A stretch of 64,000 bases of DNA, taken from the NCBI GenBank assembly GCA_017499595.2, contig CM038999.1, forward strand, positions 1,364,001 through 1,428,000, given 5' to 3'. Below are positions 24,601 through 37,900 of this stretch, piece by piece. The DNA is from Psilocybe cubensis (Eukaryota). Position numbers and translations under genes: made by a program. The notes under the pieces were generated by a model, which was given only the letters and a program-made list of their open reading frames with translations, was not told the DNA's origin and ran no database searches. The first letter of the stretch is position 1. Each line of letters starts with the position of its first letter.

Positions 24601-26016
24601 TGCTGGTTCAACAGGAAAGAAACTCGTCCAGAAACCACTCTCCATGTTCATGCAAAATAAGGCCACGACTTCGAAGAACGGAACAAGCCACCTCCTGCGA
24701 AATACGGGGAAACCGTCACTTTTGAACGGCAGACCCTTATTTGTCGTTGGAGGTGGGGTTCGTCGCACCATCAGCAAAAAGTCGACGTTACCTGTGGTCA
24801 TCGGAAGTCCTGTGAAAGGTGGGGCTCAGATGATGCACGAAGATGACGAAGTACTGGTGGAAGATGCGCCAAAAGAAGATGGTGACAATGGCGAATCACA
24901 TCTGTCCGCAGCACCTCAGAACTCATCCTCGCTTTCGTTGGATGAGCTTTCCACTACCGCGGGTACCGAGAAAGGGAAAGGCAAGGAAAGAGACCATGAC
25001 AAGACTTCAAAGCACGCGAGGAGAGTGTCAATGGCTTCTCATGCTCTTTCGTTATCGCTGAGTGCTCTGCCTCCTCCACAACCACTACCACAACGTGGTT
25101 TGATGGGCCCTCCGCCAACACCACCGCATGGCATAAAGAGTCCACAGAGAAGCACAAGTAGTAGCTACCCATCTACCTCAGCCGGAGGCAGTTCTCCTTC
25201 ACAGCCAGCCCATCCCACAGGCACACGGTCTAGTGCTCGAATCGCCAAGATCGCTCCTGCAGTGCAGAAGGCGAAAACGGATGGAATGAAGAAAGCTGTA
25301 TCAGAACCCACCCCGCCACCCAATCCTAATATCGAGGCTCTGAAAGTCTTGAAAGATTGTGTCATATTTGTAGATGTCAAGACAGATACTGGAGATGAAG
25401 CAGGCTCACTGTTTGTTGAGATGCTTGAAGGCGTCGGAGCAAGAGTTCGTTATTCGTTTTGCTATTTGTAAATGTTGTACTGAGTGTTTGTGTTTCCCTG
25501 ACAGGTTTTGACTAGGGTCGGACAGACTTGTACACATATAGTGTATAAGAACGGCCTTATGAGCACTTTGAGTCGATACAAACTTCTTCGTGATCCTAAG
25601 CCACTAGTCGTCGGAATCGCTTGGGTTGTCGAATGTGTTGAACAGCGAAAACACGTAGATGAAACCGATTTTTTGGTAGATATTGAGAGCACAAACATTG
25701 CAGGCATCCATAAGGTAAAAAGCTTATTCCTGAGAATATATTGTATTGCTGAACTTGGTGTTCATCAGCGACGTCGTTCTGTTCTTCCGAAGTTACTCTC
25801 TAGTGCAGAATTTGAGACACCTTCGTCGGAGGCTGATAAGGAAGAGGATCCTGACCGATCCATGGAAGGATCGACATCATGTAGGACCCATCGTTGTTTG
25901 TGGCATTCAACACCATGCTTACATGCTTTGATCTAGCTCTCACAGCCGACGATGATCTAACACCATTGGAAAGAGCGCGAAGGAGGAAGAGCCTCATGAT
26001 CGGTCTTCACCCATGA
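21608..26016 (+). CDS. Large S/P-rich protein with a C-terminal BRCT domain (microcephalin-type BRCT)
   Basis: Long disordered exons with many SP/TP sites. BRCT motif LKDCVIFVDV...LEGVGAR|VLTRVGQTCTHIVYKNG...VGIAWVVEC...VDETDF. Ends GLHP*. Confidence 0.8.
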
Positions 26017-26417
26017 TCTAACCGTTCTTGAATGGATGGAGCCATTTTCAACTTTTACGACATTTATGAAACCACCGATAAACCCCAGACTCACTCATTA
26101 ATACACATAGTTGTATACATACATGTACTCTATCTCATTCTCAAATCAACCAATAGTTAGCAGTGGATGCCTCCTCATCTGGCGTACTGTTACATATAAC
26201 ACTTCATTGAAATTATCATGTTCTAACTGTAATTTTACACTTGGTTTGTTCAATAGGAACTAGTTTTGCGAGCAGATATATTAAGCATGACACTGGCAAG
26301 TATATACTATAATACATATGTGAAGATTTTGTTACATTAAATAAATGTTGTTTGATGATATGCCTATGGAAAAGGAAACTGCGTTGATGCGTTTTTGGCT
26401 TATCCCAGCACAACATA

Positions 26418-27736
26418 TCAACTCGGCGAGCCTTGCTCACGTATGCAGCCTCCCGGTAATAAAAAGCGGAAATTTTCCGACTTTTCAATTAAGTATCGCG
26501 GTAGTCCCACTGCGGATTTTCCACTAGGCGGCGAGTCAGCATAGTAATGATCCTAAATAAGCACTTGCACTTACGGTTTGAGGCTCATTTGCGAAAGCAA
26601 GTCGACATACTATGTATATTGTCAATACAGGTCCATTGTTAAAAAATACAGCCTTTGACTTACGCTATAGGCTTCTGGAAGCATGCCAAATATGTCTTTT
26701 CCTCGGCAAATAGTGTCTTGGATTCTTTTTGGGTCTAACAAATTGACGCGACCAGCAATGCGATCTGCATGTGAGAACCCTTTCATTTTGATGGCATACT
26801 CAGGTATTGTCCTAAAGCAATAGCTACAATGCCAGCCTGCGTCAGCGAGAATACGTTCGCCGCTCTTCGAGTGTCGGTAATAACTGTTATCATTCCACAT
26901 GTGCACACTTGCTCTCCAACTGGTAAAGCCGATAAACCATTCAAAGCTGGTCGCAGTTTCAATAACTATATCAAGTGCCGATATCTTTGCACTAACCTAT
27001 AAAGAAAGTCCCGCAATTGTAAGTGAATAGATTGCCCAAATTCACAGCTCTTCAGGAGATCGACCGTATGACGAGCAGGAATTTCATCCAGGTCTGACAT
27101 GATGACCATATTGGGAGTATTCTGAAGACCAGTGGTGGACAAATGTGACCTAATAAGCATAGTCATAGTGTTTCGGGTGTGTGCCTCCACGTCCCAAGGT
27201 GACTGCCCAGGGCGAAGAGCTGCTCCCGGTAGGCTGAGGGGAATGTTGAATTCAGGTGCTTCCAGCCACATAATAACCACTTACAAGTTATACACAATCT
27301 TATCTTCAAATTTCGAGAATCTGGCTCGATTATTTGCAAAGAACGTCTCCTTCGGCAGACCTGTAAATGTCGCATTCGATTCGAGAATGAGGAAGTAATC
27401 GACCACAGAATCCAGTTCATGCATGCGAATTTCCAATAAATCGAGTTCATTGCTCATGAGCACCGCATCCAATACCTTGACGCTTTCCGTGCTCGGCCTC
27501 GTTGACCACCCGTGAATGTCGCATATGTGTTCGTCAATTTTCAATCCATCGCCGTAGAAATGTGTGATTACTTCTTGAGGGCCACTGTTGCTGTCCCACA
27601 AAGGCCTTGTTGAATATGACAGAAGATTCTTCAATTGGTATTGATGTTTTGAGATGGTGTATAGAACGGTGAGAATGATCAATGTAATAACGATGAGTAG
27701 TGGCGTCGGTCGTGGCCGTCTAAATGAAGGAGCCAT
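26418..27736 (-). CDS. Glycosyltransferase family 17 (MGAT3-like beta-1,4-GlcNAc transferase), type II membrane protein
   Basis: N-terminal TM; motifs [50 protein letters not shown] and FSHADR. Last exon ends LPRYLIE...[15 protein letters not shown]. Confidence 0.92.
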
Positions 27737-29011
27737 TTGGCTTTATCGTCTAGTGTTTAGAACGGCAAACATTCAAGGTCTTTCAAAAAGAACGGAATAG
27801 GTCCTACGCGGACTGCGAGTCGAATTGCTGGTGTTCGGGAACGTAGAAACAGAGAACCGAAATGGGTCAAGACTGGTTGTTTTGATCATGATGCAAATAT
27901 CATGCACTAGCCAAGGGCATCATGGAGGTGCAGAGGGTCCCTGTATATCCATTAGGGGCTTGCCAAGTAGCGAAATTGATCATCAGCCCAACATCAGCCC
28001 TGTAACTTGCAGCAGAAGGTTTATATATGAGGAGGCTGAGCTTTATGATGTCAGACATAAAGCCGGACTCCCTCATCAATTGGCATCAGAAACGTCCTTG
28101 TGCAGTTGAGCTAGTGCTAGCAGAGGGTTAATATCCAAGTAATCATATTTGAAACTGAGTCGAACCATGGCAATACCCAGATTGCCACTCCATATATATC
28201 CTCGCTGGATTGTGCAGACAGAAGATATATTCGATGAAAATGGGACGTGATGAGCGCCTACTCTGTCCATCATTTTACCTCCATTATGACCATCCATGTC
28301 GTAAGTTTCCTAGGGGCCTTACTTGACAATAAAAGTCACATTACCTTGTTTCATTATTGACGCGACGAAGACTGCGCGACAATCTTGCGCCGATTTGAAG
28401 ACCATGTCATTGATAATAAGATATTCCGTACTTTGACAAGCACTGCAGTCCATTCTTGTGATCATGGGTTAGGTGGGTGAGATTGAAACGTTGAGGCCTT
28501 AATTTAGGGGCATCCAATTTGGGGTTCTGAAAATAGAACTCAACAGCGGGACGGCAGCGGCATACGACAAGCGTGACAAATGATCCATACCCAAGAGGAG
28601 TCTGCGGGAAAAAAGCTCGCTGACACGATCTAACTCAGTGCTCGGTCGCGAAATAGAGACAAGCGACAGGTGCCAGTTGCAGCCAGTGGGATGATGAGGT
28701 GGCTTAACTTATTGCGAGCTTACCCTTACTAATTCTGGTTTATTATGTGTAGCCCCCACTAGACTGATGAGCAGTCACTAAATGAGGATGATGAAATTCT
28801 GCCCGCACTAGCATTGAGATATTTCCCAATCAATATACAGCTGACACCTTTCTCAAAGAGATTAGACGCGAAGTTCTGTCAACGATACCCCAAGGGAAGC
28901 CTACTACTAACAATAAATATATGTGAACAGCAACCGTCTGTCTACATATTCAGGTGCACAGTTGCAGTCTGGAGACAGCTGAAGGCTGGTTGGTCATTGC
29001 AAATGTACAAA

Positions 29012-32000
29012 TCACTTTATGATTAAGGGAGTGAGAAGTTTGCGCCGACTTCTTGAGGATAACGGAGCAGCTTGGTCGATTTTCTCCTTCGGCCCAGGAA
29101 TCATCAGGAAAGGAACCTTCAGTTCGCTCAGCCCGATTAAAAGATAAGAGGCATAAAAAGAACGCACCCCGAAATGAGACATGAGTTTGTTCATATCTTT
29201 TGCATGTGCCTCTGACCCTTCCTCAAGATCAAACTTATTGTTGTGACCGGCATTGGTGCTTTCTTCAGAGACAATGGAAAGCCCTCTCGGCCTCACAGTC
29301 TCTCTCACAGGAGACGATGTCGCACTGTCTAATCCATACTCGCGCAAAAGCCTCCTCGTCTCGTCTTGACTAAGTGCAAACAATGCTGACAAATCACGAG
29401 GGAAGTGAACAGACGGTGTGGGTGGAACAGTCTCTGGCATCAAGGCTGATCTTAATGAGCTCGAAGTGACTCGTTTGATGGGTGTGGGAGCCGGGACTTG
29501 TGGAAATGCTGTAGTTGGGGTGGCAAGAGTCGAGGTTTCAAGCGAGCTCGAGCGACTTATGTGTATAATAGGAGATTGCTCTGGCGTTGGAAGAGGTCGC
29601 AACAGGGGCCTCAGGCGCGCATTCGGACCAGGTACTGTTTGAAGAGAATTGTGGTGACGAGCTTCCCTGAGGTAACACTGAGTGTATGCTATTAATCTGC
29701 CAATGAGGTATCTTACGAATTATGTAAATTCGTCTTGATTTGCAAGATTTGCCGTTTGTGTGATATAACTTGCTTTCTGAGGTCTTGAGGAATTTGGACA
29801 GAAAGCTAGCAGATCCATGTTTAATTCGGCTTGGAGTAGTAGAGCAATGTCAAGGATCTTACTTGATCTCTTACTTTCTCTTCTATTCGATGCTGGATGG
29901 AGTCCTTGACGAGCTCATACAGGTGGGATCGAATTTTTTCTTCAACCACTTCTTTGATTTTGCTCTTCAGAAAAATCCGCAATGATTCGATGTCAGCCTT
30001 ATGCTTTGCGATTTTGTTACCAAACATGACTTGAAGTTGACGGATCTTCAGATAATTAATTGATATAGAGAATATGATTCAAGAGCGAGTAGAAGACAAA
30101 CCTGATCTGCCGCCTTGATATCGACGCTGAGGGACACCATCCCCTCGACTTGATCTCCAAGGCGACCAAAGGCCTCCGACATAGACATTAATGCCGACTT
30201 CATATTGGCCAGAACGTTCGCAATTGCAAGGATGTCCTTAGAAGCAACATCATCCACGCTCAAGGAAAGAGTGGGACTTGGTTCCTGCGACTGGTCTGTT
30301 GAGGATGGAAGGGGAGGGTTTTGTACGATATGAGCTGGTGTCTCTACTCTTTCACCCATCAGCGCTTCTGAAGCGGCGACCTCATCGGCTACACATTCTT
30401 CGGAGGGCGCCTCCTCGATTTCAATCTGGATGTCAGAGTCTTCTTCATCGTGTGTCTCTTCGACTGCTGCGTTAGCCTGAAACTGTGCTTCAGCGCGCTC
30501 CTCCACAACTTCCTGTCCTTTGACTGCGGCGTGCACATCAGTGTTAATTGCATTCTCAGTCTCTTCATCATCCTCTGTAAATCGCATTTCATATCCACCC
30601 TCGATGTCTGCCTCAACTTCCATCTCAACTTCATCTTCATGTTCGACCACTTCTTCGGCATGACCTTCTACCGCAGTTTCCTGTGAAGAAAGCTCTTCGT
30701 CAGCTACCACCTCATTCTCTGCCTCCAGTTCTCTCATTGCAGTAATTCCTTGCGACTCTGTCAATTCACCCTCCATTCTATCTGCTTCAAACTTCTTCTC
30801 ATCCATAGGTTGATGGTGTTCGTCAAATCCAACTGCAGATAGTGTCTCTTCTATTTCGACTGTATCCTTCATATCGACCGATATCTCTGTTACAGACACA
30901 GGTTGTGTTTCGCTCTGAAAGCCTACTGCAGTGTTAGCCAGCCCTGCAGCATCTGGGACCTCTGGTGATACATCTTGCCCATTCTCTTCAGCTTGAGGTT
31001 TGGGATCGATCGTGTCAACGTCTGGATAGCCTTCAGTGGTGATTCCTGCCTCCTCTTCCTCAGTCTCTCCCACTACCTCAGTTTTGGCCTCCGAACCTGC
31101 GAGAATTTCTGCATGGTCTTCTAATCCGGCTCCTAAATCTGACGCCACAATCATGGCACCAACTTCCGCTTTTTTAAAAGCTTCACCGTCGGCTTCCCCT
31201 CGTCCATCAGCCGCTCCGATGACCAAATCTTCTCGATTGTCGCTCTGACATTGCACATCTTGTAAACCCGTCTCTGTTAGGAATTCCGAGCCGGAGTTTG
31301 CATCCTCCGTTCGGTGGTTCTCTTGCCCCTCGATATCCACCTGTGCCTCGGTAACCAGTTTGACCTCATCGACTAAGTCGGGTTTAGCATTAATCCCGGG
31401 GTCTGCCTCTGTTTGCGCATTTGTGGAAGCTTCCGCCATAGCATTTGCTGGATCTACATTTGCATCCTCTCCAGTTTGTAGTTCCACTTCGGCTTTAGAT
31501 TCAACAACGGCTTCAGGTTGGATGTTAGCGTCTCTGTAATCCTCTGCTTCGGTGTTTACTGAAGCCAATTCTTCTCCAGTCCTTATGCCTTCAGCTTCGT
31601 GTTGCGCTTGAGTTTGATCCTCCGTAGTAGCAGAATGACTCTTGGTGTCCAATGTTTCTGCTTCTACTTGTACCTCTGTTTGTCCTGCAACCTCAGGAGA
31701 AGGCCCAAATGCTTCTATGTATCCAGTCTGTGAATCATATGTGTTGTCTCTCCCCTCCGTTTGACCCTCGGGCATTCCCTGCTCCTCTATTAGTCCAGGC
31801 GCCTCTATCGTATCGGCATGCTCGTTCAACGAGTTTCCAGGCCCTGATGGTGATTCGACACGTTTGACATTTAGCGAGTCCCATTTCAAGGTTTCTTCTG
31901 GGTCGGGGTCTGGTTTTGGTAGCACTGCGGAGACTTGCTCTCGGGGGACGTCATCGCCATGCGACTGTTGGGACGGTTCCTGCTTTCCTTCTGTAAGCAG

Positions 32001-32495
32001 TTCCTCTGTATCGCCCAAGGTCGGGGGGATTGGATCTTCCTGATGTTGGTTTGCGTCATTTGGTGAGAAGACTGCTTGCCCTGTATCACTTGCTGTCTCT
32101 TGTTTTGGGCCTGGTTCTAGGTTTGATTCTGGTCCTGAAATCCCACCCAGGCTTTGTTCCCCGTTCGACTGCTCTTGACTATGGTCCTGCTCTGCTTCCG
32201 TATCTGGATCTGGAAGTCGGTCTGACGCGTCATGTTTCTGCGTCTCCGCCGAGTCCGACGATTTCTGCACCACCAAATCATTAGATGGTAAATCAGCCGT
32301 AGGGGTCGAGGGTGATGTGAGAGGTGTATGATATGGAGATCCCAAGTTGGACTGTGAATCTGCAAATGTTTTTTTCTTGCCATTCGAGGTCACAGGTGTG
32401 TTTTGTGTGGCGCTAATTGGGGTGGGAGGTATCTTAACAGAAGGACTTTGAGGTTTACCCTTCGCCTTATTGTTCTTGTTGTTCTTTTTACCCAT
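29012..32495 (-). CDS. Hypothetical protein with a very long acidic disordered N-terminal exon and a coiled-coil C-terminal region
   Basis: The 815-aa E/D-rich ORF is spliced to coiled-coil-like segments (KHKADIESLR..., ILQIKTNLHN..., EPLRPLLRPL) ending PLIIK*. Confidence 0.7.
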
Positions 32496-33437
32496 GATAT
32501 CGACTGTTACACCTAACGCTTTAGAGGAGGTAGTGCCGATAGCCTATATAAATGAAGTTGGGAATGTCGTATCGCAAATGAAGAGATATGAACTTGAAGG
32601 ATGGGACCAGATCTCAAAATTTGTAGGCGTGGCAGGTGGCGTATGGAAGGGAAAAGAATGTTATACATCCTCCTTCGTGTCGCCATAGGTTTTGTGCCTT
32701 CACATTCGATAAATCAGGAAGCCCTCGAAGCATGAGGCAAGGGCACTGTTGCGGCGTGTAAACAAAGATATTAAAAGTCGGAAAGAATCGTGGTATAAGC
32801 CCCCAACACAGGTTTGTAGCACAATGTGATCTGCTTCAAGCCAATTCGGTGTTTTCGAGGCTATTGAAACTCGAAGACTAAAATGGGGCGCGTTAGAATA
32901 TTGGGCAGAAATCGACCGATACTGGGGGCGGTTACCCTACAAAATCAGTCACATTATAGTATGACACCGACCTCCAAGTATGTTGCGCATTTTGTTGTGG
33001 AATAGTCGTAGTTGCACTCAGTCCCAATGTTGAAGAATGTATCAGCAACGTAAGGGGCGTGTTCAAAACGCTTCACTCAGGCATTGTTTGGGCGGTATCG
33101 GGGCCGGCAAATCGACCACAACATCCATTTAGTTGCTCAATGTTGATAGAGCAATGGGCAATCATGAGAAGGAGTAAAAGACAGAAAGAACAGAGTCAAT
33201 GTAGATGTTAATGCACAAGTATGATCACAAGTCGCTCCGCTTCCGTGAGTCGTTCCGTTTCCGGAGTAAATAGCCCCTTACAATTGCATGTTATGTTCAC
33301 TCGACTCCAACCTCATCGGAAACTGTTCAAGACTCAGATGAACTTGTAACCCTTTCTCATTTGCATACTCATTCACAAAGCGTCTCCAAACATCCACAAT
33401 CGCACATATTGTTCAACTGGAGGCTGCGTTTTGTGGA

Positions 33438-34976
33438 ATGAGCATTCTCAGGGCACCAATATCTAGTATCAGGCTTTTGTACTCAACTACAAATCCACAT
33501 CTCTATCATATATCATCTCATCGCAATACGTCTTGCTTGAGTCGCAAAATCATTCGCATTCGAGGCATGTCAAGTCCATCTTCCCCGACGGCAGCATCGT
33601 CCACCGTGGCGGAAAAGTCAACGGCAGCCCCACCTCATACCAAAGTTACATTCCCCATATCACCAGTGCCAAAGAACCCTCTCGGGGATGGTGCATATAT
33701 CCGTACTGCCGCTGCTCTTATTATTGGGTAATCCCAATCAACGTTGATTTTGTTACAAAAACGCTAACGGGATCGCATGGTCCAGGGATGAGATTTTGAA
33801 TGGCAAAACCCTCGACCGCAATTCCCACCACTTTGCCCAGTACTGTTTTGAGCATGGTATCAATTTGTACGTTCCTATCCCCTTGTTACATTATATACTT
33901 GATAATGAGGCCAGTGGGAAATTCTCAGGAAGCGCATTGAAGTAATTGCTGACAGTGAAGAGGAAATGTACGCCAATATTTTGTATACATCCATGCTCCC
34001 GTGTGAACTCAATAATCTTCTAGCATCGAGGCTAGCAGAAGACTTGTCGAAAAGTATGATTTTGTCATAACCAGTGGTGGGATCGGGCCAACGCACGACG
34101 GTATTTGATGTTTTGTCACCCAGCTCGAGGCTTTTCATGACATATTTTTTAGATATTACTTATGAATCCCTTGGAAAGGCGTTTGGACAAAAGCTTGTTC
34201 ATCATGAAGAGACAATAACACGACTGAATGAAATGAGCAAACACCGTTCTTGGGTCGGGACTCAGAATGCTGAACAATTAGCTGCTACCCATCGTATGGC
34301 ATTGTTTCCTGAAAACGCTGAAGTCATTTTTGTCGCAGAAGATATATGGGTGGTAAGCCACCAATTCTCATTACATTTTACTCTACACGAACCATTAATT
34401 ACGTTCTTCTAGCCCGTTGTACGTCTTGCAGGCAAACTTTGTATCTTCCCCGGAATTCCCGCTTTATTTCAAAAGATGTTGCACAATCTTACTTTCTTCC
34501 TTCCTCTTCCTCCGAAGAGCGAAAGGCCTTTACGAATCCAAATATTCACTGAGTTTGTCCCATAATCTTGCCACGGGAAATCGTGTTCTGATCATTACTC
34601 TAGGCGGCCGGAGTCAATAATTGCGCCGTATTTGACTTCACTGCAAGAGCGACTCAAACCACACGGAATTCAGGTTGGATCATACCCAGTGTTGTATAAG
34701 GGTGTCTTTGTGAGCTTAATTGGTCGCGATTTCCAACCCAAAGATGCGGGCAAGGGCACTGCTGAAGGGAACATGTGCCTAACGGAAATCGCTCGAGAAG
34801 TGGAAGTAGAGATTGGAGGCAAGATTGCGAGCGAAGAAGAAATAGCTGCGCAAAAAAGTCGTTCAGCTTCCCCAGAAATTCCAGATATGGCCGTCCAGAA
34901 GAAAGAAAACGTCTCGGCAGGTGTCGAATCACTGGGGCCAAGCGCAACTGGGTATGGAGAGAAAGCCAAATACTGA
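33438..34976 (+). CDS. FPY1: Molybdopterin-binding (MoCF_biosynth/CinA-like) protein, FAD diphosphatase-like (yeast FPY1/YMR178W family)
   Basis: Spliced [57 protein letters not shown] and IQVGSYP. Confidence 0.8.
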
Positions 34977-37900
34977 CCTTTGAGTCGTTGGTTTACGTTG
35001 GTTACATAGGTGCATGATTTTTTCTGATTCTAAATTGCTTTCCTTAGTGGTTGATTTGGGTCGCTGTAGCTCCTTCTCGTGTTCTTTCATATACAATGCC
35101 ATTTGAACGTCTTTTTTTGCTGTGCGTTCTTTGGTAATGCAATCTGGTCATCCAAAAGCGATAAATATTATTATCCTGAAAAGATGATAATATCTGATTT
35201 GCATAATGCGGTTGCATTGCACGCCCGACGGTCCTTCACCTGCTTCAACGGCATCTGCATTTGGTTGATCAATGTCCTTTAGTTCTTTGGCTTCCCATTC
35301 CTCGAACCGATATCGTGATTTTTCTTATTCCTTGGGTCGACACTTCCGTTTTCGCATTTCACCGCTGTGTTACCTTACTGATCCATTACAACAGAAGCAG
35401 TCCCTCACTCGAGCCGCTTCGCACGAAAATGCTGCCCTGCCCAAGAAGACCGCACAGATCCATGATTATTCTGCTGGCATACCATTGGTTTCTTTGCCTG
35501 ATATGTTGATCACCAGAGTCTGTTTGACTTTTGAACCCATTGAAACTTTGCGCAGCGCAGAGCTTACAAACCTGCTTGCCCCTAATTGAAACAATCCTGC
35601 TTAACCGCGAAAATAGAAGAGCGCTTCTTTTGAAGACGTGAACCAATGGAAATGGCAAGCTCGGTAGATATACCGTTGCTAGGCCGTTCTTGGCGGGTGT
35701 ACCCAACTACACCATCCTATGGCCACTCGTTTCTATTCCACATCCCACCATTTGTGGTTGCTTGACGCTCAGTTGACATTTGCCAACTGCATCTTAGTGC
35801 TCTTCACTCCTATCTATTATCACAGATTTATTGAGCAAGGACCAGTGGCTCAACATGGAGTCACTTTTCCGGCTTACCATACCATGGGATCCACGTAGCC
35901 CTAATCGTTCTTGACGCCCTTTACCTCTCCCCCAGGGATGACATTGCGACACTCTGTCACCGCACACGAAGTCACAGTCATTTGACACTCAGTAAGTGGC
36001 ATATCATGACATACAAGTGCCGCACCGAGCCTCAGGCAGCCTTCGGTGCCTTCACGTCCATCTCATCTTCGTCGGGAAATCTTTTGTGGATGGCACCGCC
36101 GTATCACCCCTCTCCACAGGTCTATTCCGCTTTCGTGCAATGTGAGCCACTTCGTCCGCGGGGTAATGCCTTTTTTTTGGTGTGTATTTTCCAACATGAG
36201 CAAGCATGACAGATGACCACCTTTGTCCTATGCGTATTGCGTCAACTTTCTCCGTGTCTCATGGAGGGGGTGTACTTGCAGGTTCATTTCACATCATCCA
36301 CAGTGCTGAACCTACAGAGCCGAAAGGGGCTCATCTAAAGAAGGACACAATCAGTATAAAAATGACTGTGCTTCTTGCATTCCGTCTCAACGCATCAAGA
36401 GCCTAATATATCCTTTGGCACAAGATGTACAGATGGCCTGAAAAGTCGTCTATTTTGAAGAATCATACACAGCAAAAAAAACTGAACCACTCTCTGTCTT
36501 ACTGTCACCTAACTTGCATCACTTAGACCGCTCAAATGGCCTGGCTTAAGGTATCACTCAAAATAAACACTTTGGCATGATGATCATGATATCGATGGTC
36601 GTCCGTCCAGTGAACTTCACGGGGCGTGCCGAGTCTGACTCGCAGAATCTGCTAAAAGTTTTGTACTCAGATGACTTATCCGCGGAGGAAAACAAGTTGG
36701 GAAAACTTGAGGCTCGACATATGTGGTGTGCAAGGTAGGCCACATGCTACGCATTGAAAATCGTTCACGGCTCAATCAGGCCTCTTCTGCGTCATCTATA
36801 TTTTACTAGCGCTATGAGAATTTGGAGCTACTTGGGGCCTAGGACGCAGAGCGGATGGAGGATGAAGATGGATCACGACTGGCAAGTCAAAGAAACGGCA
36901 CAAATCCGGCCTTGACAACGCGTGTACGTACCTGCCACAGTCATCGCGTATGTCCCGGATGCCAGAGGCCTCCTGATATATATTTTAAATCGCTGTTAGA
37001 ACTCTGGTGAGCTGCCTTGGCTAGAAATTACCGACGGCTCTGAGATCACTTTTGACATTTTTACGAAAAGTTAGGTTTGGTTCGCCGCACGCATAGCTTT
37101 GTTATGATGCAGACGAGATCAAGGCAATCACACACATCCCGAGAGAGGTCACACCAGTCGACTTGTTCAGTTTTCAGTAATCAAACGCACAAAACCCCTT
37201 TCAATTTATTTTTTCACGTATCGGATCTCTCTTGGACATTAAAGAATACGTACCGAAAAACCAACTGGCGGAGAATTTGCACCCGACTCCGTTAAGTCAT
37301 TCAATGGCGCTCGACAAACTTATTTGTGCTTGCTTATGCTATGTTCGCACAAATGGCCACTCACGGTCATTCGCAGTACCAATGCGTCATGACATATGCA
37401 ATGCCATAGGACATCAATTTCGTCACCCTGATCACTGACATTTCCATCTTCAATGCCTCAACCACTCAACCAGCAATCATAAGGATCTTTGATACTTCAC
37501 AAACTGTGATACCGGCGATTCTGGGAGGATTTTTTAAAATTACGATTCTCGAGAAACGAGCGTCCACTAAACGCCAGTGGCCAGCCACACAATGCACTAT
37601 TTTTACTCATTCGTAATCGGCCTCTGTGGCTGAAAGAGGGATTTTCCTGTCTAGGTCTCGATGCAACGGCCACAAAACCTTTTGGATCTAAGATTTGGAT
37701 CTAGAGTAGGGAGGCAGGTCACAGTACCCATACAGGCTTTCAAAGCGCAGTCCATAATGTCGTATATAATTACTCCGCCTTATTCGTCTGGCCAACCACG
37801 TTCAGAAACCCAGGAAAAAAAACGAAGTGAGGAAACGATCCAATTGGCGGAGAGCTCACACTCTGTCGTATATCGTATGGTCTCCATCCGACATGACCCG

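Noticed and set aside
28685..28800. Hammerhead-like CTGATGA (28764) ... GAAA (28793) and several RTGATGA C-box-like words
   Set aside because: Stems I-III do not pair convincingly and no rRNA-complementary guide or proper C/D terminal stem could be identified by eye.
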